NCBI GenBank assembly: GCA_039189765.1
Contig: JBCCYL010000001.1
Span: forward strand, 132,577 to 196,576
Reading direction: 5' to 3'
Source: Cyanobacteria bacterium P01_F01_bin.150
Lineage (GTDB): Bacteria > Cyanobacteriota > Cyanobacteriia > CAKZMO01
DNA: 64,000 bases
In this document: piece after piece, positions 27,148 through 38,200 of the stretch
How the letters are laid out: each line of letters begins with the position of its first letter
How positions within the stretch are numbered: the first letter of the stretch is position 1
The notes under the pieces: generated by a model
Database searches by the model: none
Told to the model about the DNA's origin: nothing
Seen by the model: the letters and a program-made list of their open reading frames with translations, nothing else
Position numbers and translations under genes: made by a program

Positions 27148-30100
27148 TTCTAGTAATTTACAGGACCCTACTTCCATGACCCTACCCGATCGCGTGATTG
27201 ACGCCCTTGATACGGCCCTTGCGGAAAACCTGCCCCCAGAAGTCCCTGGTGCTGCCGTCGCTATCCTTACCCCTGAAGGGGAATGGTTTGGTGCTGCTGG
27301 GCTATCAGATTTAGAAAACAATGTTGCTTTAGCACCGGACGATCGCTTCGAGGCAGGCAGCATCACCAAAACCTTTGTCGCCACTACGCTACTGCAGCTC
27401 GTTGAAGAAAATCAACTTGAACTAGACGACACCCTGACCGAGTGGCTGCCACCCACGATTACCGATCTGGTTCCCAACGCCAGCGATATTACCATTGAGC
27501 AAATTTTGGGTCACACCAGCGGCATTGCCGATTATTTGGATGGTTTGACCGCCCAAGCTACCCTTAACCCAACCCTGTTTTTACAACAGTGGGAACCCGA
27601 ACAGCTTATTAGCTTTATTGATGGCGTCGATCCATTATTCGATCCGGGAACGTCTTGGGAATATTCCAACACCAATTATATTTTGGCTGGGGAAGTTATT
27701 GAGGCGGTGACTGGGAATAGCTATGGGCAGGAGATCCGCGATCGCATCCTCGACCCCGTCGGTCTCGACAACACCTTTGTATTTGGGGAAGAAGACATTC
27801 CTGGCGACTACATTAGAGGGTACTGGGACTTTAACGGTGACGGCACCCTGGATAACCTACGCGTTACTGACCTGTCCTGGACCGGATCGGCGGGGTCGAT
27901 TATTTCCAACACTGAAGACCTGGCTGACTTCTTTGAGGCGTTACTGGTGGACCAGACATTACTCCAGGACGAGACCCTGGACGAAATGCTGGATACCATT
28001 CCCGTTAACTCCCCCAACTATGATTCCTATGGTTTAGGGATTGGAACGTTGGAGTCACGGAACCGCTTCTGGTACGTTCACCGGGGGCAGACGTTAGCGT
28101 TTCGTTCTAATCTTTGGTATTCTCCTCTGGAAGACATTACCTATGTGGAGCTGCTGAATGGTCGCTCCAGCAGTAATTTAGTCAGCGATCTGCTGCCCAC
28201 CTATCGCCGCACCATTCAGCCTCCCACCCCCGATATCATCACCTACGACTTTTCATGGACAGGGCAGATTGCTGGATTCTCGGTTGAAGGGGAATTTAGC
28301 TACGATTTAAACCAGTCCTACGAGGACGGGATTGTGAGGGAGGAGAATTTGGAATCCTTTGATATCACATTCTTTGATCCGGCTGGAAACTTACTCAGAA
28401 CCTACGAAGATAATCATTTAACCTTTCCTGAATTTAACTTTGCGTTTGATACTAATACCCAAGAAATTCTCCAAGACGGGTTTTTCCTGGGGTCCGATGG
28501 CTTTAATTTTGGTGAAAAGACCGCTGTGGGCGATGGGTTTACGGGGCTTAACTTCTGGTCCCGCCCTGAGTTTAATTCCCAGGGCGAGGTTCCGCCTCCC
28601 CACCTCCATATTGATGATTGGGCCGATGAGTTTGGGTTCCCCTTGGGCTTTAGCTCCCATGAAGACGTGGCATTCTTTACCCGAACTACGGCGGACCTGA
28701 TTGCCACAGGACGCACGGGCGATGCCTATGTAGATAATCCCGTCGCTGGTTTGGATGAATTTGGCGATCGCATCGTCGTTTCCGTTCCCGCTAACCAGGA
28801 CGGAACATTTGAGGTCGAGGCGGGGGTAACGAGCCTATTCCTGAATTTCTCTCTCTTTGAATCCGCAGGGCTAGTTATTCAGGACGCCACACCCACTGCA
28901 ACCCCATTTTCCAATGAGTTCCAGCTTGCCTTTGAAGTGAGTGGTGCTGATTTTAGCTTTGAATCTGTTCCCTTTGCGCCGTTGGGCGGCAGCATTTTCC
29001 ACACTGGAGATATTACATTTTTAGTCGGTGGTGATACGCTCCTTACCATTGGTGATTTCTCCGTCGGCTTTGACGCTAGCCGAGTCAGCGATACCACCAG
29101 CGGCTTCTTTGTTGCCGATACCCTAGAGGATGGACTAGGTATTGATGTTCTTTTTGACGTCAGTAATCCAGACCGCCTGATTGTGGCTGACGATGAGTTG
29201 ACCATCGCAGATGCAGATTTATTGTTAGCACCTGAACTGGCGGAAATCTTGGGGATAAATGACGCTATTGGCGCGGATGTTGGCGACGTTCGCATTGATG
29301 CTGCGCTGATGGACATTTCTGATCCGCCGCCGCCCCCTCCCACCGATACGCCCGTTATCAGCATTTCTGTGGAACCCAGCGTGGTGGCTGAAGAGGGCGA
29401 TACGACTTTCTTCGAGTTTATCTTAAACGTGGATGGGGAGATTCCTCCACCGGAATTTGATGCAGACGGCAACCTGATTTCCGGTGGATTGCCCTTCTTC
29501 TTTGATAGCAGCGTTGGTGCCATTTTTGAGGAAATTGAGGGTGGCCCGATTATCAACGGCTTTACCTTTGGCTCTGTTACTACAGAAACGGGAGGGCTGG
29601 AATTTATTCTGCTGGAAGATGGTGCAACCTCTGGCTTTAATATCTTCAATGACCTGATTGAGGAAGAGGAACAGTTTACTTTTAGCATCTTTAACGATGA
29701 TGAGGGGCTGCTTAACTCCAACTACACGGTTAATCCTGAGGCGTCCAGCGCGACGGTGACCATCATTGATAATAATGGTGGTCCTGGGGTGGGTCCTACT
29801 GTCAGCCTGTCGGTCAGCGAGTCAAATTTGGTGGAGGGCGATCGCTTCACCGTCAATTTCGATGTCGAGGGTGACTTGCCCGAGGGTGGCCTTGACGTCC
29901 TTGTGACTAGCGATATGGAAGGGGCCATTGGTGAGTTTGTTATTTTTGACGAAAACAACAATTTGGCGGTTGAAACAAACGGTATTGCCGGAGTTCCCAT
30001 CGCGGGAGACGGTACGGGCAGCAGCTTTGTGGTGACGTTGGTTGCCCCAGAGGCATCCCTAACCCTTGATGTCTTTGATGATGGTCCAGGAGAGGGGCTG

Positions 30101-31186
30101 GAGAGCATTGTGTTTGAGGTCGCCAATGGTGAACTCTATGAAATCACAGAACTCACCAGTGCTGTAGAGCTGATGATAGACGATGCCACGAGCGTTCCTC
30201 CCCCCGAAGCAGTGGTCACCGTTGACTTTAGTACAACGACATTTATTGAAGAACTAGGCACGCCGTTCCCTGGTGAAGTAGAAAATCCTCAAACCCTTAC
30301 GGTCACCTTTACCGTGGAGGGAGAACTGCCAGACGGTGTATCTCCCGTGGTGAATTTTGCCTCTAGCGAACCCGACGGTTTGACTCGCTTCTCTTTAACA
30401 GAGGCCCAGACGGACGGTTTAATTGCCGTGGCTGATGTTATTAACTTTGAGTTTACCGACGCCCAAATTACCCTGCTGGAACCCACGTCTTCATTGACCC
30501 TTCCTGTCTTTAATCTGCCCGATGATAGGGACTTAGATAGTGACGGCATCATCGAAGACTTTGCGGGGCAAACGGAGATGGTTGACTTTACTATTACCTC
30601 TTTGACGGATGGCGTAACCATTAATCCTGACACGCAGGTCATTACAGGTACCTTCTTTGAGACTATCGCCGATGCCTCACCGACTCCGTCGGCTAGCATT
30701 GACTTTGAATCAGGTAGCGCCGGAGCACTCAGTGCAGGGGATGTGGTGACCAATCAGATTGACGGTCTCTCCATTGAGGCGGCTGATGATTTGGCGGTGA
30801 TGATTTTCGATAGTGAGAATCCAACCGGAGGCGATAAGGATTTGGCTAGTTCCACCCTGGGCAATGTCCTGATTATTTCTGAGGATGGTGATTCCGCAGA
30901 TCCTGACGACAACGCAAAGGGCGGCACCCTTATGTTTGACTGGGATGGCACCGTAAGCGTGGCGAGCTTAGGTCTGTTAGATATTGAGGAAACTGGCGGT
31001 AGTGTTACTCTGTATAGTTCGGATGACACCACTGTTCTGGCAACCATTGATATTCCTGGATTGGGTGATAACAGTATTCAGTCCCTCGATATTGGTACTG
31101 CTGATGTCGGCAAAATGGATGTCTTCTTAGTCGGTAGTGGAGCCATCACGGAAATTATCCTAGCGGAGGACAGCAGCATCGCTTAG
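27134..31186 (+). CDS. P4: serine hydrolase (beta-lactamase/D-Ala-peptidase-like) fused to FSWTGQ and GVTS modules, Ig-like repeats and the shared C-terminal domain
   Basis: SxxK (GSITKTF), LGHTSGI, YxN (YSNTNY) and HxG (HRGQT) are present. The start is uncertain: TTG 27134 or ATG 27176. Confidence 0.88.
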   Translation: MTFIDSSNLQDPTSMTLPDRVIDALDTALAENLPPEVPGAAVAILTPEGEWFGAAGLSDLENNVALAPDDRFEAGSITKTFVATTLLQLVEENQLELDDTLTEWLPPTITDLVPNASDITIEQILGHTSGIADYLDGLTAQATLNPTLFLQQWEPEQLISFIDGVDPLFDPGTSWEYSNTNYILAGEVIEAVTGNSYGQEIRDRILDPVGLDNTFVFGEEDIPGDYIRGYWDFNGDGTLDNLRVTDLSWTGSAGSIISNTEDLADFFEALLVDQTLLQDETLDEMLDTIPVNSPNYDSYGLGIGTLESRNRFWYVHRGQTLAFRSNLWYSPLEDITYVELLNGRSSSNLVSDLLPTYRRTIQPPTPDIITYDFSWTGQIAGFSVEGEFSYDLNQSYEDGIVREENLESFDITFFDPAGNLLRTYEDNHLTFPEFNFAFDTNTQEILQDGFFLGSDGFNFGEKTAVGDGFTGLNFWSRPEFNSQGEVPPPHLHIDDWADEFGFPLGFSSHEDVAFFTRTTADLIATGRTGDAYVDNPVAGLDEFGDRIVVSVPANQDGTFEVEAGVTSLFLNFSLFESAGLVIQDATPTATPFSNEFQLAFEVSGADFSFESVPFAPLGGSIFHTGDITFLVGGDTLLTIGDFSVGFDASRVSDTTSGFFVADTLEDGLGIDVLFDVSNPDRLIVADDELTIADADLLLAPELAEILGINDAIGADVGDVRIDAALMDISDPPPPPPTDTPVISISVEPSVVAEEGDTTFFEFILNVDGEIPPPEFDADGNLISGGLPFFFDSSVGAIFEEIEGGPIINGFTFGSVTTETGGLEFILLEDGATSGFNIFNDLIEEEEQFTFSIFNDDEGLLNSNYTVNPEASSATVTIIDNNGGPGVGPTVSLSVSESNLVEGDRFTVNFDVEGDLPEGGLDVLVTSDMEGAIGEFVIFDENNNLAVETNGIAGVPIAGDGTGSSFVVTLVAPEASLTLDVFDDGPGEGLESIVFEVANGELYEITELTSAVELMIDDATSVPPPEAVVTVDFSTTTFIEELGTPFPGEVENPQTLTVTFTVEGELPDGVSPVVNFASSEPDGLTRFSLTEAQTDGLIAVADVINFEFTDAQITLLEPTSSLTLPVFNLPDDRDLDSDGIIEDFAGQTEMVDFTITSLTDGVTINPDTQVITGTFFETIADASPTPSASIDFESGSAGALSAGDVVTNQIDGLSIEAADDLAVMIFDSENPTGGDKDLASSTLGNVLIISEDGDSADPDDNAKGGTLMFDWDGTVSVASLGLLDIEETGGSVTLYSSDDTTVLATIDIPGLGDNSIQSLDIGTADVGKMDVFLVGSGAITEIILAEDSSIA

Positions 31187-31216
31187 GCTATTTCTATTTC
31201 TAAGTGATTGACCTCG

Positions 31217-31251
31217 AACGGTCTGTGGCTGCGGCTGTAGACCGTTTTTTT
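31217..31251 (+). terminator. Intrinsic terminator after P4
   Basis: AACGGTCTGTGGC-TGCG-GCTGTAGACCG followed by a T7 run. Confidence 0.7.
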
Positions 31252-31283
31252 GTAAAAAGTATGGCCAATGCAACGATGGTCCT

Positions 31284-31347
31284 GTTGGTTAAGACGTTTT
31301 TGTGGAGGCACGTCGCGCTCCCATTAACCAACCACAGTTGATACCCC
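31284..31347 (+). repeat. Intergenic hairpin repeat, copy B
   Basis: Outer arms GTTGGTTAA...TTAACCAAC. The core GCACGTCGCGC is the reverse complement of the copy D core. Tail CAGTTGATACCCC. Confidence 0.55.
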
Positions 31348-31506
31348 ATTAATAAAATATTTTTTTAATAAATACAGCGAGTTAATGCCCTAAATTCTGC
31401 TACAAAAAACAGGTGATTCTGATAGCAAATACGAAAGGAAAACGATTACAGAATGAGTGATGCTTCTTCACATAAAATTTATCAAACTAGCCCATATTGA
31501 CCCAGG

Positions 31507-31557
31507 TCAGTGATGCTACTATGAACTCATGTTTACTTAGTGCAATTAGATATCAAT
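31507..31557 (+). promoter_or_regulatory. Putative extended -10 promoter plus Fur box upstream of P5
   Basis: TCAGTGATGCTACTAT (identical to 12335-12350) is followed by AGTGCAATTAGATATCAAT at 31539-31557. Confidence 0.6.
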
Positions 31558-32283
31558 AAGCTTTCGTAAATGCTACTGAGGCATTGGCGATCGCACCAAT
31601 CTTGAGAATATGTCGCTGTCTTGAGCGACTAGTCAAAAGGGTCTAAAGGTATGTGCCCCTTGTAAGCAGTTTTGCCCCCATTAATTAACAGGAACTCATT
31701 TGATTCTCTAGTTCCTGTCGTATTCTACGTAGAGCCATTTATTTTAGTAGATACCGCCGGTTGAAACATGCGGCAACATGTCTCAACCAGCTCCCTATGT
31801 ACTGGGGCGATATCCGCAACAGTATTGCTCACCACAAGAAACCAGGGTAACCAATCATGCCTATGCCAACTGTAGCATTGTTGACCGTTTCATTGACATC
31901 GGATGGTATTCGTAGTGAAGGTTGCGATCGCGCTTCTCCAAAACCTTTAATTCCCAGCGTAGGCGACATGGTGTAGATTGTCTCCGGTTTAAATGAGCTT
32001 ACTATCGTTTTCGCTGTGTTTGTATTTCCACAAGCTCTGACTTTGTATTCAATATTCGTAGTTTTCAATCCTTCCTTCTCCGATTGGAGAGAGAGACTAG
32101 AGGTTATTTTGCAGCCCATACATTAGAGGCCACTGCGTTTTACCTAACAATTGATGGCTTTTGATGGTTTTGCCCTTAGCTTTGTCCTTAACCTTCCACA
32201 GCAACGTTGAAGGCAAAGCCCAGATCAACCGAGAGATGTTGTTGGCAGCTCAAATCGTTCCAATTATTTGAGGAATTTGTTTT

Positions 32284-35200
32284 ATGTACTCAGAATCAGT
32301 TAGTGGCGACATTACTAACAATCCCAATGATCCCCTGGCTTTGCCCCTTGAAGAGGGAGCCAATTCTCTCTCTGCAACAACTGGAAATGGTGACCAAGAA
32401 TACGTTACTGTTACGGTCCCAGCGGGATTTGAGCTTGAGTCACTGACCCTAAGCTCATTCTCTTCCGGCGGCGATTCAGCCTTTATTGGAGTTCAATCCG
32501 GGACTACTTTTACAGAGCCGCTGGAAGATGGTGCTAACGTTGGCAATATTTTAGGTTATGCCCTCTTTTCTGGGGGACAGGTTGGCACAAATATCCTCGA
32601 CAACATCGGTAACGGAGCAGGGGCGATCGGGTTTGATGGTACTCTACCGGCTGGAGAGTACACCTTTGCCCTACAGCAGCTTAGTGGTCCTACTGATTAC
32701 GAGCTAACCTTCAATGTTGCCGCTGTGGATGAGGGCGGTGACGGTGGCGATGGCGGTGACGGTGGTGATGGCGGCGATGGCGGCGATGGCGGCGGGGGCT
32801 TACCTGTAGTCAGCTATGAAGCAGTACCTGCTGTATTCTCAGAAGAGGCAGACAATAATTTAGTCGAATATAAGTTCTCAGTGGATGGTGAGCTTCCGGA
32901 AGGGGGGCTTGTTATTAAGTTCAAGTCATTTGGCAATAACGACTTTATTGAATGGTCAAATCAGTTTGCAGCGGCCCCTGGTCCAGAACTCGTAAACCTA
33001 GAGTTTGCAGATTTTACGTTTAATCCAGAGACTGGACTACTAGATGATTTTGATCTACTAATAACGGACACCGAAGCATCGTTTCAGATTTATCTGATTA
33101 ATGACATCGTGGAAGAAGGCTCCCAGGTGTTTGACTTCCGCGTTGTCGAGGGAGAGGGCTACATCGTTGATCCAAATCAATCGCCTTTATTTACGATCAA
33201 TGATGATAATGGTGGCCCTGGCGTTGGTCCCACCATCGGCCTGTCGGTATCTGAAACAAATCTGGCTGAGGCGGATAGCCTTACCGTTACCTTTGATGTG
33301 GATGGAGATATTCCACCCGAAGGGGTACAGGTGCTGGTTCAAAGCGACGTTGGTGGCTCCCTTGGTCAGTTTGATTTAGCAAATCTGAACAATATCACCA
33401 CCACTGGGATTGAAGGATTACCTGAAGTGGGGGATGCAGGGGGCGGTAGCTTCTTTGCCACGCTTACGGCATCGACTGCCACCATTACCCTGGATGTCTT
33501 TGATGACATTGTGGCTGAGGACCCTTTAGACATTACTTTTACCCTGGCTAACGGTGAGGTTTACGAAGTGGACCCCGATGCCGCTAGCGCAACCCTAACG
33601 ATTTCTGACCAGGAACAGCCCGCAGGTCCCACTGTAAGCCTAAGCGTAGACAACACTGATTTAGTAGAAGGGGGTGACCCAGTTACCCTCTCTATCGCTG
33701 TGGATGGAGCCATCCCTGACGGTGGGTTGCCAGTGCTCATTAATGATGTCACCAGCGCTCAGTCAGGAGTCAGAAGTCTGACTGAATTTGACGTGGCGAA
33801 TGTTATTACGGCTGGTCTTAGCGGCTTTCCTGAACCGGCGGAAGGAGACAGCGGTTTCTTTGTCACGGTTGTTGAGTCCTCAGCGACTATTACCCTTGGG
33901 GCTATTGATGAAGGCGCGGATGAGGATGAATCGCTGGAAAACTTTACCTTTGAGGTGATTGATGGTGAAGCCTATGAGGTGGATGCAGATGCCGGTAGCG
34001 TAACGGTTAGCATTACCGATGCTGCTGATGCTGGCGACGGTGGCTCTGGCGGTGGTGATGGCATAATGCGTCAAATTGTTGACGGTAACACAAGTATCTC
34101 CCTCGATTTGGATGCCTTGGGATTAACCCTAGTGTCTGAGGATAGTAGCGGTACCCCCGCCGATGGCTTTGCCCTGGGGTTCGATATCCTGGATGACGAA
34201 ACTACGTTTGAAATTGCCACAGATCCAGTTGCCTTTGACAGCGGCACAATCGAGCACTTTGGCTCCGTTACCCTGGGATTGGGGGATGCGGAAGTTACCA
34301 TCGGAGATTTTTCCATTGGTTTTGATCCCGCGCGAGTATCCGATACGGCCAGCGGCTTCTTTGTCTCCGATACCCTTGAGGACGATTTAGGGCTAGAGGT
34401 CTTGTTTGATCTGGGTAACCCAGCCATCAGTTTATCTGAGGATCAAACCACGCTGGATGTGGGCGGAGATCTGCTCCTTTCTCCAGAACTTGCGTCAGCC
34501 CTAGGCTTAGAGGCTGGCATTGATGTGGGTGATGCCTTAGTCGAGAGTCTGGTCAGAGATCCAGCCGAGACTCCAGTGATATCCATCAGTTTTGTCCCTG
34601 CGTCTGAAATCGATCCAGATACGGGGGATACAGTCATTAACGAAGACGATGGCCGAGAGGTGGCACTGCGGCTATCCTATGATGCGGGTGTCATTCCTCC
34701 CGGTGGATATGCTGTTGCTTGGATTCTGGATGTAGACGATTTATTTGCTGTTCCTGGCCTCTTTGATGGCAATCGTCCTGCTGGGTTCGAAGAGAATGCC
34801 TATCGACTTATTGAACCCCGTGATGACGAGAACGACCCCGGTGGCACTAAATTCGTGCTTGCACCCCGACAGCTAGAATCCGATCTGTTCTTCTCCATTT
34901 TTGACGACATTATTGAAGAAGAACCCATTACTTTAAATCTGGGCCTCCAGGCAGAAGAAGAGGGCTATGAACTCGGGACGTCGCTTGTAACGATCAGACT
35001 CCAAGATGGGCCTAGTGCAACCCCTGGTGAGGGACCAACCGTTGACCTCTCTGTCGATAGTACAGAAGTTGATGAAGGCGGTGAGTTTACGGTCAACTTT
35101 GATGTGGAGGGTGCGATTCCCGATGGTGGTCTCACTGTCTTTGTCGATGGGCCGCCTGCGGCGTTAAGTGAATTTAATATCTTTGGTGACGATGGGATTG

Positions 35201-38200
35201 ACCCAGAAACAGATATAGTTGGACTCGCTGGCTTCCCCGAGGCGGATGGAGATGCAGGCGGATTCTTTGCAACCATCACCGAAAATCAGGCGTCAATCAC
35301 TCTATCTGTGTTTGAGGATGGTCCTGGGGAAGGGGAAGAAACGCTCACCTTTGAGCTAGCCGATGGTGAATTGTATGAGGTCGCAAATTCATCGGTTGAT
35401 CTCACCATCAATAGCGACACTCCAGAGGGAACCGCGATCGTTGGCATAACCCTAGAACCCACATTTGTATCTGAAGAAGACGAGGGTGCGTCCTTTACCG
35501 CAACGTTTACGGTTACGAATGCTGACATTCCTGCGGTGGAATTTGATGCGGATGGCAACTATGTTTCTGGTGGACTATCGGTTCTGGTTGATGGAGCAGA
35601 TATTACGCCCATCTTTGATGAGATTACCGGCGGTCCGATTCTTGATGGACTTGCGATCGGGTCTTTCTTTGACCCCGATCAGCCTAATCTTATTGAATTT
35701 GTGCTGTTGCAGGAAGATTCCACGGGAACGCTCAACATCGTTAATGATGTCATCGAAGAAGAGAATCAAGACTACACGTTCACAATCTTAAATGACGAAA
35801 ACGATCTGCTTGGTTCTAACTATGTGGTCAATCCGGATACCGCCAGTGCGACGGTCACATTATCTGATGGTAATGGCGGGCCTGGGGTTGGTCCCACAGT
35901 CGGCATCACGGTAGACAAAGACACCGTGGCCGAAGGAGAGACCGTCACTCTTAACTTTACGGTCGATGGTGAGATTCCGGATGAGGGGCTTGAAGTCTTA
36001 GTTCAGAGTCCGACCCCTGGGGCGATCGGCGAATTTAGTATCTTTGACGCGGACGGCAACTTCCTAATTGAGACCACTGGCATGGCGGGTTTCCCCATCT
36101 CCGCTGATGGGATTGGCAGCAGCTTCTTGGCGACGATTACCGAGCCAACTGCCAGCATTACCCTCTCTGCGTTTGATGATGGTCCTGACGAAGGAGTAGA
36201 GTCCTTGACCTTTGACATTGTCAATGGTGAGGTTTACGAAGTATCGGAAATTGAAGGCTCTGTTACCGTAGATATTGTTGATACGGTGTCTGCTCTTCCC
36301 ACTGTTTCGATTTCTACACCAACTCCAGTGGTCAGTGAAGATAGCGATCCAACCTTGACCGTCGTCTTTACCGTCGATGGTGAGATTCCTGAGGGTGGCG
36401 TGCCCATTAGCATCGGTGGTGATCTAACCAGCCTGTTTGACCCTGAACTGCGACTACTGGTTCAGGCACCCTTTATCGTCGAACCAGAGACCGGTCTAAT
36501 TCCCGTGGCCAACCGCGACCCCGAATTTGATATTGCCTTGACGGCTCCTGAGGTCAGCGTTAGCTTTGAGCTGTTTGACGATATCCTCGAAGAAGAGCCT
36601 CTATCCCTTGACTTTGAGCTGTTTGAAGGGGATGGCTACATTGTCGGCGATACCGTTGCCACGGTCACCCTGGTGGATGGCGATAGTGTGACGCCCGACA
36701 GTGGTCCCACCGTGAGCCTGTCGGTTGATGATTCTGACCTTGCGGAAGGGGATGAATTCACCGTTAACTTTGACGTTGATGGCGATATTCCTGAGGGGGG
36801 TCTCACCGTCTTTGTCGATGGACCCCCTGCGGCCATCAGCGAGTTCAATATCTTTGGTGATGACGGGATTGACCCGGCCACTGATTTAGCGGGTATCGAA
36901 GGCTTCCCCGTTGCAGATAATGATGCGGGTGGCTTCTTCGTTACTCTAGTTGAAAATCAGGCATCTATTACCCTATCGGTGTTTGATGATGGACCCACTG
37001 AAGGACCGGAGTCGATCACCTTTGAGCTGATTGACGGTGAAGAGTACGAGGTCACGTCCGTTGTGACCCGCGAGTTTAGCTGGACGGGCCAAATTGCTGG
37101 ATTTAGCGTCGAGGGTGACTTTAGCTACGATGCCAGCCAGACCTACGAAGCGGGTATTGTGCGGGAGCAGGATCTGCTGTCATTCAATGTGTCTTTCTTT
37201 GACCCGGATGGCAATCTGCTACGCACCTACGAAGACAACCAGGATTTGAGTCAGTATCCGACGTTTAACTTTGCCTTTGACACCCAAACCCAAGAGATTT
37301 TGCAGGATGGCACCTGGAATGTGGATGACAACGTCGATTTAACCAGAAACGGCTTTATGATCGGCGAGGGGAATCCGGATCTCAGAGGCGACATCGGCGT
37401 GCAGTCGGGACTTGCCTTCTGGTCACGCCCCGCAGATGACAAGCTACCACACCTGCATGTGGATGACTGGGATAACGAACTTGGCTTCCCCATTGGCTAC
37501 AGCAGCCATGAAGATGTTTCGTTCCCCACCCAAACCATTGCTGAACTGATTGAGACGGGCAAAGTGGGTGAAACCTACCTTGAGTCTGCTCAAGCCAGAC
37601 CAGAGGAACTGGGTGCTCCTGTCGAGGTCTCGGTATCCGGTAACGGTTCGGGGGGCGTGGTTGAACTCACCATCAATGATGGCGGTGAGGATGCAGTGTT
37701 TGCAGCTGAGTCTGGCGTTACTAGCGTGTTCCTCGACTTTGTGCTGTTGGAGGAAGTTGCAGGACTGACCCTAGTTAGTGCGGATAGCGATGCAACTCCA
37801 GCAGAGCGACCTTCTTTCCTAGACCCATTCCAGGTTGGATTTGCGATCGCCGACACCACTGACTTCACCTATGCCCCCGCACCCTTTACACCCCTGGGTG
37901 GCACCATTGAGCACTCTGGCACCATTACCCTTGGCTTAGGCGGTGCTGAAGCAACCATTGGTGAATTCTCCATTGGCTTTGATCCAGCTCGGGCGTCTGA
38001 CACTGCCAGCGGCTTCTTTGTCGCCGATACGCTGGATGACCCACTGGGTCTAGAGGTGCTGTTTGATATCAGCGCTCCTGGAACTGTTATCACCTCCGGC
38101 GGCAGTCTGGAAATTAGTAACGCTGACCTGCTGCTTGCGCCTGAATTGGCTGGAGCGTTGGGACTGGCTGACTTGGCTGGAGCCGATGTGGGTGATGCCC

